Shown: in pieces, positions 29,721-38,800 of the stretch | Position numbering within the stretch: the first letter of the stretch is position 1 | Layout: each line of letters opens with the position of its first letter | Assembly: GCA_965209155.1 (NCBI GenBank) | Contig: OZ242383.1 | Coordinates: 3,072,001 to 3,136,000 of the forward strand | Reading direction: 5' to 3' | DNA length: 64,000 bases | Source of the DNA: a bacterium | GTDB taxonomy: Bacteria; SAR324; NAC60-12 | Program-made: the position numbers and the translations under genes | Notes under the pieces: model-generated | Databases searched by the model: none | Told to the model about the DNA's origin: nothing | Seen by the model: the letters and a program-made list of their open reading frames with translations, nothing else

Positions 29721-31322
29721 CTAGACACCGATCTTTTCTCGCTTTACTTTGATTCCTACAGCCTCCCGATCCCAAGTATCGGGAGTGATTCCTGCCTCTT
29801 TGAGCAGGTTTTTTTGTACTTTCTGGGTGGGGGTTTTGGGCAATTCGTCGACAATCCGAATGAATCTGGGCAGCATGAAGTGAGCCATACGCGGTTGGAG
29901 AAAATGGAAGAGCTCCCTGGGATCGATCTGCTGGTCCGACACCGGAGCCACCACCACCATCACTTCGTCCTCGCTAAGCTCACTAGGGACGGGAATCGCC
30001 GCCGCTTCACGTACTGTGGCGAAAGCGGTGACCTCGCTTTCCACTTCAAAAGAAGAAATATTCTCACCACGGCGACGAATAGCGTCTTTGATGCGATCAA
30101 CAAAGTAAAAATACCCATTCTCGTCATATTTGAAAGCGTCCCCTGTGTGGAACCAACCGTTACGCCAGGCTTTAGCGGTTGCTTCCGGATTCTTGTAATA
30201 ACCATGGTTCATCGCCCACGGACGGTCGGTTCTTAAGATAAGCTCACCGGTGACCCCAGGACCGACCTCGCAATCGTTTTCATCAACGACACGAGCTTCT
30301 ACGCCCTCACGGACTTTCCCGCAAGTACCGCTTCCCGGCGGATAGGGTTCTGAAATAATGGGCAAGGATATTTCTGTCATGTTGAAACAGGTGCGCATTT
30401 CGAGACCATAGCGACGCCCTACTGCCATGGCATCCTCATTCCAGGGAATGCAGACGGCTTTCTTCAAAAAAAGATCATTGTCATGAGGGCCTGGTGGTAA
30501 TTTCAGGAGGAACGGGATCATTGCGCCCACCAGATAGGTCATAGTGGTTTCATTCTCGTGGACGGTCTCCCAAAATTCGTTAGTTTTGAAATAAGTGTCT
30601 AAAAAACAAGAACCTCCACTGGCAAGGGTGGTGATGAAATTGATCGTCCCGCCGACATGGAATATAGGCAGGTTGGTCAAAATCCGATCGCTTTCTTCAA
30701 TAAAATCGCTAGAATCCGGCCCCATGGAATAGCCTTGAAGATAAGAAGAAAGCACCGCTTTGGAGGGGCCAGTGGTGCCTGAAGTGAAGATAATATACTG
30801 CGTATCCCAGGGCTCGACCATTTCCGGCATCTCCGAGAGACCTTGATCGGAGATGAGAGCAGATGCTGGATGAGGGGTCAGGTTTGGTAATGAGGTTTTC
30901 CCATGGGTGATGATGACATCCCGTAGCAAGCCTGTATCGATGTCATTCAGACGCGGGGCAAGATCGGCATGACAAACCATCAATTTGGCATCGGATAATA
31001 GCACCACATGTTGCAGAAGTGTGCCTTTATAAGCGGTGTTCACCGGCACATAGACCGCTCCTAAATAATTGAGACCAAACCAAGTGAGGACCGCTTCCCG
31101 ATTGTTCGGTTGCCAGGAGAGCACATGATCGCCTTTTTTGACACCCATTGCTTGAAGCCCCTTGGCTGCACGTTGTGTCAATTCTAAAGTTTGACGCCAG
31201 GTCCATATCTCGCCACCATAAAACATGATTGCAATTGCCTCAGGCTTCTGGAGCGCCCAGCGTTCGATTTGATAACCAAGAACGCAAAGGTCTCGCTCTG
31301 GGATACGAGGGTCATAAATCAT
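29721..31322 (-). CDS. ATP-dependent acyl-CoA ligase (CaiC-like), copy 1
   Basis: IFTSGTTGPSK, NMTE, WFHTGD, RRRGENISS, PKTPTQKVQK. Confidence 0.9.
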   Translation of the reverse strand: MIYDPRIPERDLCVLGYQIERWALQKPEAIAIMFYGGEIWTWRQTLELTQRAAKGLQAMGVKKGDHVLSWQPNNREAVLTWFGLNYLGAVYVPVNTAYKGTLLQHVVLLSDAKLMVCHADLAPRLNDIDTGLLRDVIITHGKTSLPNLTPHPASALISDQGLSEMPEMVEPWDTQYIIFTSGTTGPSKAVLSSYLQGYSMGPDSSDFIEESDRILTNLPIFHVGGTINFITTLASGGSCFLDTYFKTNEFWETVHENETTMTYLVGAMIPFLLKLPPGPHDNDLFLKKAVCIPWNEDAMAVGRRYGLEMRTCFNMTEISLPIISEPYPPGSGTCGKVREGVEARVVDENDCEVGPGVTGELILRTDRPWAMNHGYYKNPEATAKAWRNGWFHTGDAFKYDENGYFYFVDRIKDAIRRRGENISSFEVESEVTAFATVREAAAIPVPSELSEDEVMVVVAPVSDQQIDPRELFHFLQPRMAHFMLPRFIRIVDELPKTPTQKVQKNLLKEAGITPDTWDREAVGIKVKREKIGV

Positions 31323-31415
31323 TGAAGTACCTCCTATTCATTTGACTGTCTTATAGTATTCCAGATAATTATTTTGTCGGTCTCTTTTTTCGGAGAAGCC
31401 TGGGAGGCAAGCGGA

Positions 31416-32273
31416 TTATTCTTTGGTAGCACCCAATGTCAACCCTGCAATGAAATGTTTCTGCATGAGAAAGAACATGATCACTGGAGGCAATGCAGCG
31501 ACAATCGAGCCTGCTGAAATGAGATTCCAAGAAGTGATCCATTGCCCTCGAAGGGCATTCAACCCTGCCGTGACCGGACGCACTGAATCACTTTGCACCA
31601 AGACTAAGGCCCAAAAATAATCATTCCAAATAAAAGTGAATTCTAATACCGCCAAAGCAGCCATGGCAGGGCGAACCAGGGGAACGATGATTTGTAAAAA
31701 TATCCGAAATTCACTGGCTCCATCAATCCGAGCCGACTCCATCAAACTGTCAGGAAGGGTTTTGATAAAATTTCTCAAAAACAACGTACAAAATCCTGTT
31801 TGAAAGGCAATGTGAAAAATCACCAACCCTGTCAAGGTATTGAAAAGCCCGGTTTGAATGGTCAATTCTCGCACAGGAATCATTAAGATTTGGAAAGGAA
31901 CAAAATTGCCTCCAATAAAGATGGAGAACATCGCAATGTTTCCCCGGAATCGGTATTTCGCCAAGGCGAATCCTGCGAGAGAGGAAGTGATCAAGACTCC
32001 AATGACGGTGGGAATGGTGATCAATACGGTGTTCCACAGATAGCTCCACATAGGGGTAGTCGTAAACACAGCATTGAAATTCTCAAAGAACATGATTTCT
32101 GTCGGCCATCCCCAAAAATTGCCTTTTAGAATGTCATCTAAAGAACGAGCCGAGGTCAAAGTCACGGCAAAAATGGGAACCAGCCAAAGGATTAAGACCA
32201 CCGGTACTGCAATTTTATAGGTCGATTGTGTGAGAGGGGATGTTTTTTCAATGGGTGTAGGAAACATAATCAA
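31416..32273 (-). CDS. Carbohydrate ABC transporter permease (MalG-like)
   Basis: ESARIDGA EAA loop; six TM segments. Confidence 0.9.
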   Translation of the reverse strand: MIMFPTPIEKTSPLTQSTYKIAVPVVLILWLVPIFAVTLTSARSLDDILKGNFWGWPTEIMFFENFNAVFTTTPMWSYLWNTVLITIPTVIGVLITSSLAGFALAKYRFRGNIAMFSIFIGGNFVPFQILMIPVRELTIQTGLFNTLTGLVIFHIAFQTGFCTLFLRNFIKTLPDSLMESARIDGASEFRIFLQIIVPLVRPAMAALAVLEFTFIWNDYFWALVLVQSDSVRPVTAGLNALRGQWITSWNLISAGSIVAALPPVIMFFLMQKHFIAGLTLGATKE

Positions 32274-33136
32274 GCCCTTTCTTCACGAACCATTCTAGAG
32301 AGAAAACAGGCAATATACACAGCCATGATCAAAAACAAGATAACCGCAATGGCTGCTCCATACCCCATTCTGAAATTGAGAATCGCTTGTTCGTACATAA
32401 AAAAGGCCAAGACGCTGGAACTGTTATAGGGCCCTCCTAACGTCATAATGGCGACTGTATCAAAACTTCGTAAAGAACCAATGACCGTCACCACAATTGC
32501 AATAAAGGTGGCTGGGCGGAGTTGAGGAACGATAATATACCAAAGCATCGTCCATCCTTTGGCTCCATCAATTTGAGCTGCTTCAATCAAATCTGGATTG
32601 ATCACATTGAGCCCTGTCAAGTAAAGGATCATGCAGTAGGCGATTTGGGGCCACATCCCTGCGGCGATGACGGCATAAGTGGCTTGGCCCTCTTCAGAGA
32701 GAGGGGCGATAGGATCGATTCCAAAGATTCCTAGAAATTCATTGAGAAGACCTCCATCAGGTGCATAAAACCAGGAGAACACCAAACCCACCACCACCTG
32801 GGAAATGACAAAAGGAAAAAAGAATAATGATTTGACCGCCCGGATTCCTCTGATTTTCTGATTTAAAAAAAGGGCAATCGCCAACCCAATGGCAGGAGAA
32901 GTGAGGAAAAGCAGAAGCCAAATGATGTTATTTTGAACAGAGACCCAAAACACTTCATCATCAAACAATTCGATATAGTTCCCCCACCCAACGAATATTG
33001 GTTCCGCCATGCCATCCCATTCGTGAAAACTAACCCAAAAACTACGAACAATAGGATAGAGGACATAGATGGAAAAAAGGATGAGTCCCGGAAGCAAAAA
33101 GAGCCATGGTGTAAGCGGTTTTTCATTAGACATCAT
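32270..33136 (-). CDS. Carbohydrate ABC transporter permease (MalF-like)
   Basis: FVGWGNY, EAAQIDGA, TLGGP. Confidence 0.9.
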   Translation of the reverse strand: MMSNEKPLTPWLFLLPGLILFSIYVLYPIVRSFWVSFHEWDGMAEPIFVGWGNYIELFDDEVFWVSVQNNIIWLLLFLTSPAIGLAIALFLNQKIRGIRAVKSLFFFPFVISQVVVGLVFSWFYAPDGGLLNEFLGIFGIDPIAPLSEEGQATYAVIAAGMWPQIAYCMILYLTGLNVINPDLIEAAQIDGAKGWTMLWYIIVPQLRPATFIAIVVTVIGSLRSFDTVAIMTLGGPYNSSSVLAFFMYEQAILNFRMGYGAAIAVILFLIMAVYIACFLSRMVREERA

Positions 33137-33167
33137 GGACCCTTATGAATGCTGTATCTTGAAAGGT

Positions 33168-33208
33168 GGCAGATGAATATTCCGTGTTTCCAAGCCATTC
33201 ATCTGCCC
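33168..33208. terminator. Stem-loop between the binding-protein and permease genes
   Basis: GGCAGATGAAT...ATTCATCTGCC 11-bp stem; attenuator or mRNA stabiliser by inference. Confidence 0.5.
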
Positions 33209-33222
33209 ATGAGCGGAGATCA

Positions 33223-34473
33223 CTATTTCTTGAAAATCCGTTTCCTGGATTTATCCAGTCTTGTTAAGATCTTGTCCAGACGATCGGGTTTATCCATATA
33301 CTCCTGAAAGCCTTTCATCCCTTCTGTTGCCATTTCAGGTTTGCTATCTCGATCATAGAATTGGGCAGTAGCAGCTGCGGAGGCAAGAACCTTTGCTCCG
33401 ATTTCCAAGAAGCGGTCGGGTTTGGGTTTCGCTTTTGTATTGGGAGGGAGCATGCTCATTGCACTGTTCAACTTAGATTGCACATCTGCTCTCCCGATAA
33501 AAGCCATGAATTTTTTGGCATTTGCTTTATTTTTGGCGCCTTTTGGAATGGCCACAATTTCAGTAGGAGCATCTTCGAATTTAGGAAGATTAGGATTGAT
33601 GGTGGGGAATTGGAAATAGTCAATCTTGGCCAAATCCTCTGCGGCCATACCCCACACCACAAAATTTCCAATCAAATACATTGCTGCTTTGCCTTGAAGA
33701 AGAGCAGGTATGGCTTCTTGCCAGGAATACGAAGTGTGGTTTTCAATGAAGTATCCTGGATCCAGCAATTCTCTCCATTTGGCAAACACATCTTTCACGC
33801 GTTGATCCGTATAGGAGGCGTTGCCTGCTAACAATTCTCGATGGAAATCCATTCCATTGATCCGAAAGTTCAAGTAATCAAACCAACCTGCCGCTGTCCA
33901 ATAATGTTTAGTTCCAATCGTAATGGGAGTGATGCCATTGGATTTCAACGTCGCACAGGCTTTCAAAAATTCATCCCAGGTTGTAGGAACCGCAATGCCA
34001 TACTTTTCAAAGAGGTCTTTGCGATAATATACTCCCCATTGATAGTATGCCCAGGGCACCGCATACTGTTTGCCATCAAAGGTAATCGGACCACGAGAGG
34101 AGGGAAAATCATCATGCATATTATTGGCATCCCACACATCGCTGATATCTTCGATCAATCCTCGGCTGACGAAGGTATTCAATCGCTCTCCAGCAAACCA
34201 ATTGACCACATCGGGTGGCTCACTCGTTAACCAGTTTCTGATGGAAGTTTTATAACTTTCATGATCGTAAGTGTTGAATTCAACTTCCACTTCAGGATGG
34301 GCTTTTTTGAAATCCTCCACCAATTCCGTCCATGCTTTTTTAGGAGCAGGATCGGCTTGGTTGTTATTGATCACCAGTTTGCCCGCAAAAGCCACCGAGC
34401 CCATCGCCAGAGCAATCGCCCCCGACACACCAACCAGCATCCATTTTTTTATTTTTTTCCTGATCTTTTTCAT
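33223..34473 (-). CDS. Carbohydrate ABC substrate-binding protein (family 1)
   Basis: Signal peptide, GKQYAVP, YYRKDLF, PTTWDEF, AAMYLIG. GGAG before ATG 34473; alternative ATG at 34503. Confidence 0.9.
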   Translation of the reverse strand: MKKIRKKIKKWMLVGVSGAIALAMGSVAFAGKLVINNNQADPAPKKAWTELVEDFKKAHPEVEVEFNTYDHESYKTSIRNWLTSEPPDVVNWFAGERLNTFVSRGLIEDISDVWDANNMHDDFPSSRGPITFDGKQYAVPWAYYQWGVYYRKDLFEKYGIAVPTTWDEFLKACATLKSNGITPITIGTKHYWTAAGWFDYLNFRINGMDFHRELLAGNASYTDQRVKDVFAKWRELLDPGYFIENHTSYSWQEAIPALLQGKAAMYLIGNFVVWGMAAEDLAKIDYFQFPTINPNLPKFEDAPTEIVAIPKGAKNKANAKKFMAFIGRADVQSKLNSAMSMLPPNTKAKPKPDRFLEIGAKVLASAAATAQFYDRDSKPEMATEGMKGFQEYMDKPDRLDKILTRLDKSRKRIFKK

Positions 34474-34576
34474 AATAATTTCTCCAAATACGATTGATTT
34501 CATAATTATCTCCCAAATCTAGTACTGCCCGGTGAAAATAAGTTTACAGTTAATCACATTTGACAATCTATTCAGT

Positions 34577-34667
34577 TGTCATTCCTGGCTTGACCAGGAA
34601 TCCAGAGGGCTTTCTGTGAATCCTGGATGCCGGATCATCCCGGACTCGATCCGGGACCGGCATGACA
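34577..34667. repeat. REP-like nested palindromic element
   Basis: TGTCATTCCTGGCTTGACCAGGAATCCAG...CTGGATGCCGGATCATCCCGGACTCGATCCGGGACCGGCATGACA. Confidence 0.75.
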
Positions 34668-34851
34668 CTGTGGCTGTAAACGCACTTTTGCCCTACGGCA
34701 CTAGTTTTTTTAAGATTGAAGGAATAAATATTCTTTGCTCTGCTAACGTGATTTCCCCATAGGCTTCTCCTGATAAGGCAGTGAATGAAAAATTTCCACC
34801 ATCCGCTGCTTCTGGAAGGGGATGGATGGACAATCAGCTTAGGGATACAGC

Positions 34852-34867
34852 TTCAAGCAGTGTGCCA
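34852..34867 (-). promoter_or_regulatory. Sigma-54 promoter (-24/-12) for the sugar ABC operon
   Basis: Minus strand TGGCAC-ACTGC-TTGAA versus consensus TGGCAC-N5-TTGCW; conserved at 52859-52874. Confidence 0.7.
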
Positions 34868-34945
34868 TTTTTGAGATTATTCAGTTAACTTATTGTAATT
34901 ATTAACTAATTTTGACAAGAGGGAGGGTTGGGTATGCGAAGCAAG

Positions 34946-35055
34946 TGTCTAGATTTATTGACATTACTAGATCGGGAATAGCGGTTAACTCATTGATATT
35001 AAATATTTAAACAACAAAATCTAGATTTTAAGACATATGTCTCATATTCTGGACA
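34946..35055. promoter_or_regulatory. Three 18-bp enhancer (UAS) sites of TGTC-N10-GACA type plus an IHF site
   Basis: TGTCTAGATTTATTGACA (34946-63), AATCTAGATTTTAAGACA (35018-35), TGTCTCATATTCTGGACA (35038-55). IHF consensus match TATCAATGAGTTA on the minus strand at 34986-98. Confidence 0.7.
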
Positions 35056-35315
35056 TTTTTAAATTCTATTATTTACTGATTTTACGTAAATAGGTTTTGC
35101 AAGCAGATCATACTTCCTCCCTTGGATGATTCAGGGACAAAGGGACAAATCACGCCAAATTCTTTAAAAGTCACTTCTGAGGGTATAATAAAAGAGGGGA
35201 ATCATCGGATAAAAATATTGAGGGAACGAGGCATTGATGTAGACTCTCTTCCTCGTGAAATTATTGAGAAACAAGATAATGAATTTTCTTGAGACCCACA
35301 ACTGGGAGAGAGTTT

Positions 35316-35825
35316 ATGTTATCAAAACTATACTGGATTGAAGGACCTTGGGAGGGGAAGCTTGCCATTACTCCTCGTCCTAGAGGCCATGAATGGATCG
35401 AAGATGAAATATTACTTTGGAAAGATTCAGAGCTTGATGTCATTGTTTCCCTGTTAACCAGGGAAGAAACCGTCACTTTAGGCTTGGAAGAAGAAGAGAG
35501 TTTTTGTTTAAAATTCGATTTGGAATTTATATCTTTCCCCATTGTTGACCGTGATATACCGGATTCTATGTTGAAAACATTAAATTTAGTGAAGGAGTTA
35601 CACGCTAAATTATCTGACGGTAAAAAGATCGCCATCCATTGTAGGCAAGGGATTGGTCGAGCTGCCATAATTGCTTCTGCTTTATTAGTTTTCGCAGGGG
35701 TTGATCCTGAGAAATCATTTGTTTCAGTGAGTCAGGCTCGAGGATGTTCTGTTCCCGAAACCGCAGACCAAAAAGATTGGATAAAAGGATTTGCTGAGAA
35801 CTTGATACCACTGACGATGGCATAG
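35316..35825 (+). CDS. Dual-specificity / protein-tyrosine phosphatase
   Basis: FPIVD acid loop, HCRQGIGRA (CX5R), VPETADQ. Confidence 0.9.
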   Translation: MLSKLYWIEGPWEGKLAITPRPRGHEWIEDEILLWKDSELDVIVSLLTREETVTLGLEEEESFCLKFDLEFISFPIVDRDIPDSMLKTLNLVKELHAKLSDGKKIAIHCRQGIGRAAIIASALLVFAGVDPEKSFVSVSQARGCSVPETADQKDWIKGFAENLIPLTMA

Positions 35826-35867
35826 ATCCATAAAGAATAATATTTCAAATACTATTAAATTCTATTT

Positions 35868-38800
35868 TTAAGTTCCTGGGATGGTCTGAATTCCGTATTT
35901 TTTCATCTTATTGTAGAGGGCTGCGCGGGAGATTCCCAGGACGGCAGCGGTTTTTACCTTGTGGCCCTGGGAATTTTTCAGGGCATTGAGAATCGTCGCT
36001 TTTTCACAATCCGCGAGGGCTTGATCCAGCGCCATTTTCCCATGGTTGATGGTGTCTCCAAAATTTGAAGTTTCGCTGATTTTGGAATTTATCCGTTCCC
36101 CCAGAAAATCGACCTCTCCCTGGGAGACATAGCGATGCAGAGTGTTTTGCAACTCCCGGACATTGCCCGGCCAATCGTAAGCTTGCAGGGCTTCCAGAAA
36201 TCCTGGTGTGATGGGCTTTCCTTGTTGAAGCGGTGCCGTGGATTTCAAAAAATGCTCGACCAGCAGAGGGATATCCTCTTTTCTTTCCCGGAGCGGGGGC
36301 AGGCGAATGGGAAAGACATGAATCCGGTAATAGAAATCTTCTCGAATTTGCCCCGTCTTTACCCGGTGACCCAGGTCGTGGTTTGAAGCCGCGATGAACC
36401 GGATATTGGGCTTGATGACCTCGGTGGTGCCAAGTGGGGTAAAGCCGTTGCCCTCCAGGACACGAAGCAGTTTAACCTGCAGGTTCAGCCCGATATCGGC
36501 CAGTTCATCCAAGAACAAAGTCCCTTTGTCGGTCAGGTGCAGGAAACCGCGCTGATCGCTGTCGGCCCCGGTGAAAGCGCCTTTTTTGTGTCCAAAGAAC
36601 TCGTTCTCGATCAGGTTTTCGGAAATGGCTCCGAGGTTCACCGGGAAAAACACTTGCTCCTTGCGGTCACTGGCCTCGTGAATGGCCCGGGAGACCAGTT
36701 CTTTCCCGGTTCCCGATTCGCCGTAGAGGATCACGTTCATATCGGTGGCCGCCGCTTGTAAAATCAACTCGTATACCCGTTGCATGGGCTCGCTTTTTCC
36801 GATAATGTCGCCAAACCGAAAGCGGTCTTTGGTGCGGGCTCGCAGGCGGACATTTTCCTCACGCAGGGAGGTTTCGCTCGCTTTCAGCTCGTCCAGCGCC
36901 TTTTTGAGGTCTTCGTGAAGCCTGGCATTTTCCAGGGAAATGGCGATCTGGGAGCTAAGATGCTTGATCACCTCGAGTCGCCGGGGGGTGAAGGCTCCCT
37001 CTACCAGGTTATTTTCCAGGTAAATGATGCCGCTCAAGGCGGACTGATGAGTGATTGGTGCGCACAGGATCGATTTGGGGCGCTCCCTCCGGATATAGTC
37101 ATCCCCGGCAAACCGTTCTTCCCGGGAGGTGTTGTCTAAAACCAGGTGTTCCCGGGTTTGTTTCACCCAGGAGATGACCGAGAGGGAGAGAGATTGGGCC
37201 TTTTCCACAGGCAGGGAAAGCGGTAGAAAACATTCGACTTGCTCGGCACTCCCGCGAGCAGCGATGAGAGACTGACCTTCGGTTTCCAGAATCAGGGCTG
37301 CCGTCTGAGCCCCGGCATTTTCTATGAGAATGCCAAGCAGGATCTCCAGCAGTGGTTCCAGCTCGAGGGTACTGGAGATGGCCTCCGAGGCTTTGAGAAT
37401 GGTCGCCAGATCCAGGTTGGCCGAAGGAGACACCGCCCCTTCGGCACGATCATCGGCAATCAACCCGGAATATCGAGACTTAAGATGCGCGACCTTTCGT
37501 TTTGCCCCCCAGGCTTCGTACTGCTCCATTGCTGAGCGCAGGTAAGAGCTGGCGGCGACGTTCTGCCCCTGGCTGAGCAAGTACCTGGCAGCCAGCTCAT
37601 TGGCCAGGGCTTCCTCGTGGATAAACTCGCTCTCCCTGGCCAAAGCGATGGCCTGGTCATAGTGGTGCATAATGGTATCGGGTTCACCCTCCAAAACTCG
37701 CATTCGTTCGGCTTCCACCAGGTGGTATTTATGCAAATAATTGGATGGTGCGCAGCGCGCCAGTTTCTCCAACGTCTCCTGATTGTCATGGACCTGGGTG
37801 AGGATCTGTTCCTTTACCCCGTCAGGCACCTGGTCGAAATCCGCCAGGAGAGCGAGGGAGAGGTAGCAGTTGGCCTGGGATTCAATAAAGGCATACTTGT
37901 AGGTTTTCATCAGGTTGATCATTTCAAAAACCGTCTCCCGGGCAGCTTCGTATTCTTCGAACAGGGTTTGCAGCACCAGTTTTTGGTAATTAAAACAGCT
38001 ATGTTCATTATATACGTACTCTGCACTCGTCACCCTATGGTATTGATCCATGATGCTGGTCGACAGGGTCGAAGGTTCATCCAACAGAATCGTGACCGCC
38101 TTTGTCAGCATTTCCACCCGGGGAGACCCGATAATAAAATCGATCTTCTTGAGATCAGCCTTCAGCGTCGATAATTCCCCTTTCAGCCAATTCAGCTCTT
38201 TCCCGCACATGAACGCTAACTGACATCTTTTGACGGCACCATGACCGGCATTGTAGAAATCTCCCGTTTCGATTCCCATCTTGTGAGCTTCCAGCAAGGG
38301 ATCCAATGACGCCGATAACGGCTCCCGGTAGAAGCGGATATGGCCGTTGAAAATCCTGGAAACTCTACAGTGTATTTCCTTCAGATCAAACGCTGCCATG
38401 ATCTGCATGCCCAGACGACCGAGTTCATAACCAAAATCAAAATCCTGCATAAACTCGCAATAGATCATTCCAAGGCTACAATAGAAGTCGGGTGAATATT
38501 CCGGATGAAAATAATTAAGCAGCAAAGAGATGCGTTTTAAAGCGGCGGGCTGCCAAAGACCGACATCCGGAGTAATCCCAGTCTCGCCAAATGAGTGAAA
38601 GAGTTCATTTAGGATACGGACAGGGACCTCGGCATCCGGTTGGGTGAGCCGCTCAAACTGCATCACTTCTTCGACGCTTTTACCGGCCAGGCCGGATTTG
38701 ATTTGAGCGAGGGCCTGCTGCCATTGGCCGGGAGACAAACGGCTCAGTTTACATCCCAGTTTCTCCAGAATTTCCTCGCCCGTTTCCAGGGCCTTCTTTA

